In this document: one piece after another, positions 14,988 to 23,666 of the stretch
How positions within the stretch are numbered: position 1 is the stretch's first letter
How the letters are laid out: each line of letters opens with the position of its first letter
Assembly (NCBI GenBank): GCA_026625185.1
Contig: CP113000.1
Location: 3,072,651-3,104,650, forward strand
DNA length: 32,000 nucleotides
Direction: 5' to 3'
From: Thermodesulfobacteriota bacterium
Lineage (GTDB): Bacteria > Desulfobacterota > WTBG01 > JAGOGO01
Position numbers and translations under genes: made by a program
Notes under the pieces: model-generated
What the model was told of the DNA's origin: nothing
The model's database searches: none
Seen by the model: only the letters and a program-made list of their open reading frames with translations

Positions 14988-16034
14988 ATGAAATATTTAA
15001 ATATGAAAAAAAAATTATTGTTCAACAGCGGATTGATATTGTTTTTGTTACTGGTCAAGGCCGCTAACTGCCAGGACAACGCACAGGCCAAAACCGTTAC
15101 TCCTCTCAATATGGGTGAGGTAAAAAATGCGTTAAGTTTTGTGAGAGGATGCGAAACAGCAAAAGAGGTGTGGCCACGGGTGGTCAGGTATAATTTCAAG
15201 ATTTACAATTTTAAGACTGACACCTTCGCTCAGGAAGAAAAAACTATCACGCTTAACAAGAAGCCTTTGAGAATTATACCCCATGCTGTCGGTGTAACTG
15301 ATATTTTATGGGCAATTTGTCCCCGGGAGCGCCTGGTTGGTTTTAATGAATTTTCTGCTGATCCCGAATTCAGCTTAATTGCCGACAAGGTGCGAGCAAA
15401 AGGCCCGATTTTTCAATCCAAGCAAACTGAACTAATCATCGGTTACCAACCGGATCTGGTTTTTACCGTGTTTTATTCTGGCGGTGATTTTAAAGAAAAA
15501 TTAAAGCAGGCAAAAATCCCTTATTGTGATTTGGGATACTTTGGAACGATCGAGTCAATTAAAGATCAAATTCTTCTTATCGGCAAAATTATCGGCGAAG
15601 AGAACAATGCCCAGGCACTGGTAAAGCTGATAGATGACAAGATCATGGAATTAAAAAGCAAGCTTCCCAATGTAACCAAACCAATTCGGGTCCTCTATTA
15701 TGATGAGGGAGGATATATTCCGGGAATATCGTCAAACTTTAATTCAATTTGTAAAATTATTAACGCCATCAATGTTGGTGCTGAGCAGGGGATTAAATCA
15801 TGGTCTCAGATTGATAATGAAACCCTGCTCAAATGGAATCCTGAGGTAATCGTTGTCCCTGAAGGCAGCAATCTTAAAACACAACTGATGTCAAACAAAG
15901 TCCTTTCCCATGCCCAGGCAATTAAAAACAACAAAGTTTTTTATATACCGGGGGTTTATCTGAGGGTTGATTCTCAGTATATGGTGCTAAGCGCCAATCT
16001 GCTCGCGGGGATTATTTATGCCCAAAGGCTTTAA
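14988..16034 (+). CDS. Periplasmic binding protein, BtuF/FecB-like (Peripla_BP_2 type)
   Basis: Signal peptide MKKKLLFNSGLILFLLLVKAANC. PLRIIPHAVGVTDILWAICPRERLVGF and PEVIVVPEG are typical of this cluster-A SBP class. An alternative start is at 15003. Confidence 0.75.
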   Translation: MKYLNMKKKLLFNSGLILFLLLVKAANCQDNAQAKTVTPLNMGEVKNALSFVRGCETAKEVWPRVVRYNFKIYNFKTDTFAQEEKTITLNKKPLRIIPHAVGVTDILWAICPRERLVGFNEFSADPEFSLIADKVRAKGPIFQSKQTELIIGYQPDLVFTVFYSGGDFKEKLKQAKIPYCDLGYFGTIESIKDQILLIGKIIGEENNAQALVKLIDDKIMELKSKLPNVTKPIRVLYYDEGGYIPGISSNFNSICKIINAINVGAEQGIKSWSQIDNETLLKWNPEVIVVPEGSNLKTQLMSNKVLSHAQAIKNNKVFYIPGVYLRVDSQYMVLSANLLAGIIYAQRL

Positions 16035-17067
16035 GCTTATTATCAAAAAAGAATTTTTATTATTTGTTGTCTTATCTGGTTTAATACTCATGGGAGGATT
16101 TTTTGCCCTGACCTCTGGCCCCTGGTTTATAGCCGTCACTGATGTTTTTAAAATTGTGATGTACAAATTGGGATTATTTTCAGGAAGCATTAATAACGTT
16201 GAAACCACCATCGTCTGGGATGGACGGCTTCCCCGTTTTATCGTGGGTGTTCTGGTGGGTTTTTCTCTTGGAGCGGCAGGCACTATTATGCAGGGACTTT
16301 TTAAGAACCCGATGGCCAGCCCTGGCGTCATTGGTATTGATTCCGGGGCTGCGCTGGGAGCAGTGGTGGTGATTTATTTGGGACTGGCCGCCAAGTCGCT
16401 CTTTGCCCTTCCGCTTTCTGCCATAGTATTTTCCATCCTCACCCTTATTATGGTCTTTACCATCGCAACGTCACGGGGGCAAACCTCGATATCCACGCTT
16501 TTGCTTGCCGGGATTGCTTTTAATTTTATCTTTAGCGCCCTAACCTCCTTTGTTATCACCCTGAGCACCAGGGAGTTTGATGTCGGGCGGGTCATTGTAA
16601 CCTGGCTCATGGGTGACCTCAATAATCGTTCCTGGGAGCATGTCGGCATTGTTTTCCCCACGACGCTTATCGCTCTGGTGGGAACACTTTTCTTTGTTAA
16701 GGATCTCAACATTCTCATGCTCGGAGAAGAAACCGCAGCCAACCTGGGAGTCAATATCAGACTTGCTCGTAATGCCCTCCTGTTTTTTTCTTCGGTGGAA
16801 ACTGGGGGGGCGATTGCGGTTTCCGGAGTGATCGGGTTTGTCGGTCTGGTTGCGCCGCACATTATGCGCAGTCTTATCGGCCCGGATAACAAAAAGCTAA
16901 TATTTTTTGCCGGGCTGCTGGCAGCGGTATTTGTTATCTATGCCGATCTTTTTGTCAGGCTCATCGTTAAGGTTGATCTTAAGATCGGTATTGTTACTTC
17001 ATTGCTGGGAGGACCATTCTTTCTCTATCTGATTATAAAACATAAAAAACGCTTTGAGTATATGTGA
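16018..17067 (+). CDS. FecCD-family ABC permease (BtuC-like)
   Basis: 349 aa, about 9-10 TM. RLPRFIVGVLVGFSLGAAGTIMQGLFKNPMASPGVIGI and GVIGFVGLVAPHIMRSLIG are FecCD hallmarks. Overlaps the SBP gene by 17 nt. Confidence 0.85.
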   Translation: MPKGFKLIIKKEFLLFVVLSGLILMGGFFALTSGPWFIAVTDVFKIVMYKLGLFSGSINNVETTIVWDGRLPRFIVGVLVGFSLGAAGTIMQGLFKNPMASPGVIGIDSGAALGAVVVIYLGLAAKSLFALPLSAIVFSILTLIMVFTIATSRGQTSISTLLLAGIAFNFIFSALTSFVITLSTREFDVGRVIVTWLMGDLNNRSWEHVGIVFPTTLIALVGTLFFVKDLNILMLGEETAANLGVNIRLARNALLFFSSVETGGAIAVSGVIGFVGLVAPHIMRSLIGPDNKKLIFFAGLLAAVFVIYADLFVRLIVKVDLKIGIVTSLLGGPFFLYLIIKHKKRFEYM

Positions 17068-17121
17068 TGTTATCGGCGATTTACTCCCAAGCGATCTAAC
17101 GTCTAACGAGGTTTATAAATT

Positions 17122-18144
17122 ATGCAAGCAACGATATTGGATACCAAGAGCACAGAAACTTTATTTGATCTTTATGCACAAAAAATTGAGCGGGTTAAAG
17201 CTGAAATTGCTAAAGTGGTTATCGGCCAGGATAAGATGATACAGCTTATGATTTTATCACTTCTTTCCAAAGGACATATCCTACTCGAAGGAGTTCCTGG
17301 ACTGGCAAAAAGTCTTGCGGTTGAGACCTTTGCGAAATCGATCGGCGGGGATTTTAGGCGTTTTCAGTTCACCCCGGACAAGATGCCCAGTGACGTAACC
17401 GGAACCATGGTATACAATGACCGAGATAAAAAATTTGTTTTTTTCTTTGGCCCTATTTTTTGCAACATTTTCCTCGCCGATGAGATAAATCGGGCTTCTC
17501 CCAAGGTGCAATCGGCCTTATTACAAGCAATGCAAGAAAAGGAAGTAACGATTGAATGCAATCGCTATGATATCCCCAATCCTTTTATGGTGCTTGCCAC
17601 TCAGAACCCGATTGAGCAAATTGGTACCTACCCGTTGGCTGAATCCCAAGTTGACCGCTTTATGGTGAAATATGATGTCGGGTATCCGGACAAAGAGGAG
17701 GAGCTCGAACTTATCCAGAGAAAAAATTCGAATTTTGACCAATTAAAAGCGGAGGTAAAAACTGTCCTTGCGCTGGAAGACATTATCAACACTCAGCAAC
17801 TCATTCATGACCAGGTGCGAGTGAGCCAGAAGGTCATGGACTATATATTAAATATTTGCATCGCCACCCGACCTAATGAGACCTATAAATCTCAAAAAAT
17901 TAAAACGGACATTCATAAGTACATCAGGCTCGGGGCATCTCCCCGGGCGACAGAATTTTTGCTTGCCTTGTCAAAATCTTTTGCTTTTTGTCAACACCGG
18001 GACTTTGTTAATTTTGATGATGTGTTGACATGCGCAGCCCATGTTCTCAGACATCGCATCTTGCTTAACAGTTTTGCCCTTTCACAACAAGTTTCGTCGG
18101 ATATGCTGATTGAAGAAATAATTAAGATAATAAATCCTTATTAA
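17122..18144 (+). CDS. MoxR-family AAA+ ATPase
   Basis: VIGQDKMIQLMILSLLSKGHILLEGVPGLAKS (Walker A), FLADEINRASPKVQSALLQAMQE (Walker B/sensor), ATQNPIEQIGTYPLAESQVDRF. Classic MoxR strings. Confidence 0.9.
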   Translation: MQATILDTKSTETLFDLYAQKIERVKAEIAKVVIGQDKMIQLMILSLLSKGHILLEGVPGLAKSLAVETFAKSIGGDFRRFQFTPDKMPSDVTGTMVYNDRDKKFVFFFGPIFCNIFLADEINRASPKVQSALLQAMQEKEVTIECNRYDIPNPFMVLATQNPIEQIGTYPLAESQVDRFMVKYDVGYPDKEEELELIQRKNSNFDQLKAEVKTVLALEDIINTQQLIHDQVRVSQKVMDYILNICIATRPNETYKSQKIKTDIHKYIRLGASPRATEFLLALSKSFAFCQHRDFVNFDDVLTCAAHVLRHRILLNSFALSQQVSSDMLIEEIIKIINPY

Positions 18145-18147
18145 CGT

Positions 18148-19026
18148 ATGGCCAAAACTGAGAAAAGTCTTCTGTCCAAAAAAGAGTTGTTAGACATTTT
18201 TATCAATCACCGGGTACATTCTCCCTTTCCCGGTGATTGGGAAAGCACTTTCAAAGGGCTGGGGTATGAGTTTTGGTCACTCAGGGAACTGGGGCCGGGT
18301 GATCCCTTCAGTCATATTGACTGGAAGGCAACTGCAAAGACCGGCAAATACTATGTACGGGAATATCTTGCGGAAAGTTATTTCAACGTCATGATTCTGT
18401 ATGATATCAGCGCATCGGTTGGATTCGGCAGAAAAGAACTAATACAGGCTCATATCGCAGTTTCCATCGCCTATAGTGCGATCACCAGCAACAACGGATG
18501 CGGATTAATTTTGTTTGCAGATGAGGTCAAAGGATACATTCCCCCGCGCATGGGGAGGTCACACTTCATGGAAATCATAACCGCAATTGTAAATGCAGCA
18601 CCAGTATCGTGCCGGGAGACAAAAATCCAGAACGTAATGACAAAATTAATGACCGAGGTTCCGGAAAGCTTAACTTTCATCCTGTCCGATTTTATGTACC
18701 CGCTCGATTTCACTTACAGTTTTCATAGCACCGTCCATGGAACTAACAAACATGAGGTAAAGGCCGTTCAGGTGCTTGAGGAGGGAGAAATTTCCCTGCC
18801 ACCCCATTCCCGAGGTCTTCTCCCCCTTTATGATTATGAGAGCGGAGAAAACATTCTGTTTGACCTAAGCAAGTGGAGCCTTTACAATCAAAAAATGCAG
18901 GAGACACGGGACACGATCAAACATCGCCTCGATCGTGCCGGAATCGATGTTGTAACCATAACTCCGACCGATGACATCGGGAAAAAGATTAACACCTTTA
19001 TGAAACGACCACCATCATCCTACTAA
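18148..19026 (+). CDS. DUF58 domain protein (MoxR-associated)
   Basis: HIDWKATAKTGKYYVREY motif and a VWA-like fold without MIDAS. Starts 4 nt after the MoxR stop, which is the canonical MoxR-DUF58 pairing. Confidence 0.8.
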   Translation: MAKTEKSLLSKKELLDIFINHRVHSPFPGDWESTFKGLGYEFWSLRELGPGDPFSHIDWKATAKTGKYYVREYLAESYFNVMILYDISASVGFGRKELIQAHIAVSIAYSAITSNNGCGLILFADEVKGYIPPRMGRSHFMEIITAIVNAAPVSCRETKIQNVMTKLMTEVPESLTFILSDFMYPLDFTYSFHSTVHGTNKHEVKAVQVLEEGEISLPPHSRGLLPLYDYESGENILFDLSKWSLYNQKMQETRDTIKHRLDRAGIDVVTITPTDDIGKKINTFMKRPPSSY

Positions 19027-19044
19027 GATAGTGAGCATACCGAC

Positions 19045-20661
19045 ATGAAAGAGGTCTACCTAAAAAGACTTTTGCTGCTTTCTATTTTGATCGTTTTTAT
19101 CGGTTTGTCTTATACTCAAGCCCATGCCGTAACCCAGTTTGGACAATTCATGCCGGGGAAAAAACCACCAGCTGAATTCAGTTTTGACGACATCTGGTTT
19201 GACAGCGAGGGGGCAAAAATGATTCCCGACATTAGCATGAATTGGCTCACGGTTGTGTTTGATCCCCGTTATACCAATGTTAATATGTCTACCACTGAAA
19301 CCGGAGAAGTCAATGAAAGTTTCATTCAAGAAAAAGCAAAAGCCCTGATCAGTTCCAATTCCAATCTGAGGGACTTTCTGTATGATAAAAATCTTGCCGA
19401 AGATGCCTGTTTTTTCCGGCTGCGTGAAGGAATGACCGCAGCCGAACTCAAACAGCTAATTGTCCAATTAAATCAGGATGAAGCAGTTAACTATATTCAC
19501 CCAACCATTATTCTTAACAATAAAATCTATGCCTTTTTCAATGCGCTCCGTATTAAATGGAAGGCAGGTGCTGATACCGCCCGCAAAGACCGGCTCCTCC
19601 GGCAGGTTTTTGCGGTTTTTGACAAGCCGGAAAATCTATATCGGGTGAATGTCCTGGAGATACCATTTTTTACCGCACTCCATTTGCTGGGAGAGGATAT
19701 TGGCGTTCTGGAGGCTACTCCGTATCTCATGGAAATCAAACCGACTATTAGGGTGAACCTTGGCTTAACGATGAATGGAGCGCGCATCGGTGATAGTATA
19801 CCATTTACTTTCACCATTGTATTTTCAGACCGAGTCAGTATTGATCCGAGTTCTGTTTCCAACATAAATCTCCGACCGTTCAATCTTCAACGAGAGCTTT
19901 TTGACACTACCTTTGATCCCTACGATCCCACAAAAGTTGTCCTGCGAAGCCCGGTAAGAATTACCGGCACAATCACCTGCTACGCCTCAGGAGAATTTGT
20001 GTTACCCCCTGTTAACATAAGCTATAGCTGTCAGGAATGCTCCGGGAACCCCGTGCGGTCGGTTGAAAGTAAAACCATCCCGTTTAAAGTTTCATCTCTG
20101 TTGCCGACAGCCAAAGAGGGAAATCGCCTTCTGGTGCCCACCAATGTCATACAACCGGATTTTCAGTTCGATACCCTCCGGACCCAGAAAAAATGGTTCT
20201 TCACGGCCGCATTAGTAACATTGGTACTGTTTTTTGTTTGTGTCGGTTGGGTTGTGGTACTATCCTACCGGGCAAAAAAGGAAAGGGGGGAACTGATGGA
20301 AAAAACCAAAGACGAGTTTTTGGCTGAAGAACTTCGTCAAATACTGCTTTCCCCTATACCAACACCACACTGGAAATATCTTACTGACGCCGGCACCTTG
20401 GTGCGGAAGTATATCGCAGCCCGTTATCATATCCCGCGGGAACACCTAGGAGGAAGCGGAAATCAGTTTGTCAATAGCATTAGCAATCACCTACCAGAGA
20501 ACTGCACCGGGCTTTTGCATACTATATTGGAAACCGTTGACAATGCTGTCGCGCTTGAACTGGAGACCTATCCCGATTTAGCGAAACTTCGAACCGACAT
20601 AGCAACCCTCATTGATTTCACAACGCGGCAAAACAATTATGAGGTTAAAAATTATTCATGA
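19045..20661 (+). CDS. Signal-peptide, single-C-proximal-TM protein, BatD-like (tentative)
   Basis: Signal peptide MKEVYLKRLLLLSILIVFIGLSYTQAHA. The middle region (IGDSIPFTFTIVFSDRVSI, VRITGTITCYASGEFVLPPVNISY) resembles the BatD beta-sandwich repeat. TM WFFTAALVTLVLFFVCVGWVVVLSY, then a ~130-aa tail. Family assignment is weak. Confidence 0.45.
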   Translation: MKEVYLKRLLLLSILIVFIGLSYTQAHAVTQFGQFMPGKKPPAEFSFDDIWFDSEGAKMIPDISMNWLTVVFDPRYTNVNMSTTETGEVNESFIQEKAKALISSNSNLRDFLYDKNLAEDACFFRLREGMTAAELKQLIVQLNQDEAVNYIHPTIILNNKIYAFFNALRIKWKAGADTARKDRLLRQVFAVFDKPENLYRVNVLEIPFFTALHLLGEDIGVLEATPYLMEIKPTIRVNLGLTMNGARIGDSIPFTFTIVFSDRVSIDPSSVSNINLRPFNLQRELFDTTFDPYDPTKVVLRSPVRITGTITCYASGEFVLPPVNISYSCQECSGNPVRSVESKTIPFKVSSLLPTAKEGNRLLVPTNVIQPDFQFDTLRTQKKWFFTAALVTLVLFFVCVGWVVVLSYRAKKERGELMEKTKDEFLAEELRQILLSPIPTPHWKYLTDAGTLVRKYIAARYHIPREHLGGSGNQFVNSISNHLPENCTGLLHTILETVDNAVALELETYPDLAKLRTDIATLIDFTTRQNNYEVKNYS

Positions 20662-21761
20662 GTATTCAGTATCCCTGGGCTTTGCTTCTTCTGTCCCTTG
20701 TTCCGTTAGCGCTCTACGGGCGGAGGAAATATGTTACAAAAACTGGCTTTGCTCAGGTATCGCTCTTTGACCAAAACCTCCAGCCCAGCGCTGTAAAACG
20801 GTATGGAGGCGATGTGTTGGCTGCTTTGTGCATGCTATTGTTAGTGTTTGCTGTTACCAACATTCAATATTCAAGTTACTGGCACAAAACCTATCTCGAG
20901 ACCAAGTGGATAATGCTGGTTCAGGATTTGTCTGGTTCAATGCAGCGCGCCAGTGGGGAAAGTGATCGAAGTACGTTAGGAGATGTGGCGCTTGAAGGTG
21001 CACGGTCATTTATTGACATGCGAAACAAAGATGATCTGATCGGAATCGTGGCTTTTTCCAGTTTTGCAAAACTGATAGCTCCCCCGTCATTCGATAAGGA
21101 AATTCTCAAAAAAAAACTTGATCTTTTGAGTAGACGAGGCGATTCATTTATTTTCAGAGACCTGACGGTGGGAGGAGCAACCAATGCTTCATACGCTGCG
21201 TGGCTGGCACTATGCGTTTTCTTTATGTTGGTACCGGAGGAAAACCAGCCGTCCTATGAGGAAATAAACGACCTACGGTATTCGTTGATGGGGAAAACGG
21301 TTAAGAAACTACCAATCCCTGAAAAACTTAAAAATATTAAGTTTGGACAAGGAATGGCAATTGTATTGTTTACTGATGGCCGGATTGAGGCAAATGCAAG
21401 CAACGAAGATGTTAAAAAAGGGTTGCTTAATTTCGTCAATGTGGTGGATTTGGTTAAAGAGCTGGGAATAAAACTTTATTTTATTGTGGTCGGAGGTAAC
21501 GTTAACAGTGAAATTCGAATGGCTCTTGAAGGGCCGGAGGGAAGTTCTCCGGCAGGTGATATATTCTATATGCCTCCTACCTTTAACCGGCAAAAAATTG
21601 GGGAGGTGTATAAAAAAATTAACGATTTAGAAAAAAATCGATTATTGGAAAAAATTTTTAAACGAAAAAAAGATACCCGGTGGCCACTTGCTGCAACTGC
21701 TTTTGGTGTTTTATTTTTTTACTGTATTATACAAGCAACCCCCCAGTTTAGAAAGATATAG
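20658..21761 (+). CDS. VWA-domain membrane protein, BatA-like
   Basis: N-terminal YPWALLLLSLVPLALYGRRK (aerotolerance-regulator N-terminal type helix). MIDAS DLSGSM. C-terminal TM WPLAATAFGVLFFYCII. 4-nt overlap with the upstream gene. Confidence 0.8.
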   Translation: MSIQYPWALLLLSLVPLALYGRRKYVTKTGFAQVSLFDQNLQPSAVKRYGGDVLAALCMLLLVFAVTNIQYSSYWHKTYLETKWIMLVQDLSGSMQRASGESDRSTLGDVALEGARSFIDMRNKDDLIGIVAFSSFAKLIAPPSFDKEILKKKLDLLSRRGDSFIFRDLTVGGATNASYAAWLALCVFFMLVPEENQPSYEEINDLRYSLMGKTVKKLPIPEKLKNIKFGQGMAIVLFTDGRIEANASNEDVKKGLLNFVNVVDLVKELGIKLYFIVVGGNVNSEIRMALEGPEGSSPAGDIFYMPPTFNRQKIGEVYKKINDLEKNRLLEKIFKRKKDTRWPLAATAFGVLFFYCIIQATPQFRKI

Positions 21762-21768
21762 GTCCACT

Positions 21769-22527
21769 ATGGTAAAAAGATACCGTATAATGATATTCAT
21801 TTTTTCTGTTATTGCGGTAGGATGTCTGGCACTTAGCATATATTTCCTGAGTCAGTACCGTCACGTGAGGACCATGGAAAAACAAAACCGACATTTACAG
21901 CAAGCACTTCAAATAGCTGATGCGTCTGCTGACAATGAGGCTGCTGTGAAGGGGTATAACAATATCAAACCGATGCTTCCTGAAGTGCAGCTGCGAATTT
22001 TACAAAGACAATGGGGCATTGCGTTGGCAAAACTTCAACAGATAAACCTTGTCCGGGTAAACAGTTTTTTGCAAGATGATTCACCCGAATATATTCAACT
22101 ACTCAAAAACTATCTCGATGAAATGCGTGACCGATGCAACAACACTTTGGCCGATACTACATCACTTTCACCTGAAATCGCGTGGCAGATACATAATATA
22201 GAAGCCTCAATAAAACTATTAGCGGCATTCCTCATGTTCTCTAATGAGCAAAACCCGGATAAGGTACAGGGTGTTATACGAGAAGCATTGTCGGATTTTA
22301 AAGCGGCCATTGAGGCCGTTGATAAAACCGATGTGCCTGCCTATGTAAAAAATATTCCCCGGTGGAACTTTGAAATGCTCACCGGTGAGGACTACATAAA
22401 AAAGATAGAGGTAGCTAAAACTGAGCTGGAAAAAAATCAGGCATTAAGCGAGAGCCTTGAGGCCCTTATTCCTGAAATGGGTGGCTATGCCCCGGGCGAA
22501 CCCATAGAAACAAAAATTAAAAAATAA
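21769..22527 (+). CDS. Single-TM helical protein (BatC-position; TPR-like character unverified)
   Basis: ATG at 21769 (MVKRYRIMIFIFSVIAVGCLALSIYFL), 8 nt after the upstream stop; the track's earlier start overlaps the preceding gene. The rest is predicted helical by eye. No motif recognised. Confidence 0.4.
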   Translation: MVKRYRIMIFIFSVIAVGCLALSIYFLSQYRHVRTMEKQNRHLQQALQIADASADNEAAVKGYNNIKPMLPEVQLRILQRQWGIALAKLQQINLVRVNSFLQDDSPEYIQLLKNYLDEMRDRCNNTLADTTSLSPEIAWQIHNIEASIKLLAAFLMFSNEQNPDKVQGVIREALSDFKAAIEAVDKTDVPAYVKNIPRWNFEMLTGEDYIKKIEVAKTELEKNQALSESLEALIPEMGGYAPGEPIETKIKK

Positions 22528-22541
22528 GCGGTCACTGAACC

Positions 22542-23558
22542 ATGGCTCTCGAAAATAGTTATTATCTTTGGTTACTTCTATTGCTCCCCATCTTTATTTC
22601 TTGCGCAATTTATTCCTATCGAAGTTCAAACGCCTGGCTATACAAATTTTCGGGCCGGAGTAAAAAAATATCCTCTTGTGTAACTACAACGAGTTGTTTA
22701 TGCCTCGCTCTCGCAGCACTTATTCTGTCTTTGTCAGAACCAAAAGTTCAATATACTCGAACAGTCTTTAACCGGGGTGGCATCGACATTGCAATTGGCA
22801 TTGATGTTTCAAAATCAATGCTTGCTGAAGATGAAACGCTCTCGGCCGAAGGGAAAAAACTATTCACCATCCCCAACCGTTTAAATCGCTCTCGCTACTG
22901 CGCGCTTAACCTGATTGCTGGGCTACGAGGCGAGCGGATAGGGGTCTTTCTGTTTGCCAGCCGGGGCGTTGAGGTGATACCACTTACCATCGACTACGGA
23001 TACTGCCAATACCTTTTAAAACACATCAATGACACCACGATCACTATTCCTGGGAGTGATTTAAACCAGGCAATCTTAACCGGAAAGGCAATGCTGGAAA
23101 ATATTTCGTTTCGTAAGATTAAGGTTATTGTTCTCATTTCCGATGGGGAAGACATTACTAATGACCCCACGGCATTTATTGAATCATCTCGACAAGCTCT
23201 TTCTCAAGGAATTAGCATTTATACCGTTGGCACCGGAATGGGTCGAGGTGTTCTTATTCCCATACGAGATGCAAGGGGAATAACGATTAGGGACTATTAC
23301 CGGGATGAGGATGGGACATATTTGAAAACCCGGTTGGTGCAAGATACATTAAAGACCATTGCGAGTTTGACGGGAGGAGCTTACTACCGTGTAAGCGAAC
23401 AAAATTGTGAAGAAAAAATAGTATCTACCATTCTGCACCGCGCCAGAACAGTTGAATACACAAAAGTAAAAGAACGAGCATGGTTTTATTTATCACCAAT
23501 TTTACTTATCCTCAGTGTTCTTATGTTTGCTATCGGCATCATCAGCAACCAAAGATAA
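22542..23558 (+). CDS. VWA-domain membrane protein, BatB-like
   Basis: N-terminal YYLWLLLLLPIFISCAIY helix. MIDAS IGIDVSKSM. LISDGEDIT and YTVGTGMG. C-terminal TM WFYLSPILLILSVLMFAIGII. Confidence 0.8.
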   Translation: MALENSYYLWLLLLLPIFISCAIYSYRSSNAWLYKFSGRSKKISSCVTTTSCLCLALAALILSLSEPKVQYTRTVFNRGGIDIAIGIDVSKSMLAEDETLSAEGKKLFTIPNRLNRSRYCALNLIAGLRGERIGVFLFASRGVEVIPLTIDYGYCQYLLKHINDTTITIPGSDLNQAILTGKAMLENISFRKIKVIVLISDGEDITNDPTAFIESSRQALSQGISIYTVGTGMGRGVLIPIRDARGITIRDYYRDEDGTYLKTRLVQDTLKTIASLTGGAYYRVSEQNCEEKIVSTILHRARTVEYTKVKERAWFYLSPILLILSVLMFAIGIISNQR

Positions 23559-23666
23559 TCTCCCGTTGGTAATTTTCAAATCAAACTTATCGTTTCCGAC
23601 CCACCTAACAATAAACTACTCGGAGAAAAAGTAATTTTTTTATTTTTTTCCTTCTTCAAATAATTT

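Noticed and set aside
16374-16892. 172-aa and 106-aa minus-strand ORFs inside the FecCD permease gene
   Set aside because: They are antisense shadows of a well-supported permease. The products are Arg/Ser/Pro-rich with no recognisable motifs.
17122-18144. MoxR Walker A reads GVPGLAKS (Ser instead of the usual Thr)
   Set aside because: Ser and Thr are interchangeable at this P-loop position, so there is no evidence of inactivation.
23559-23666. Weak hairpin ACTACT…AGTAAT followed by T7-A-T7 between the convergent VWA and kdpD genes
   Set aside because: The stem is only ~5-6 bp with a mismatch. The T-runs alone are not enough to call a terminator.
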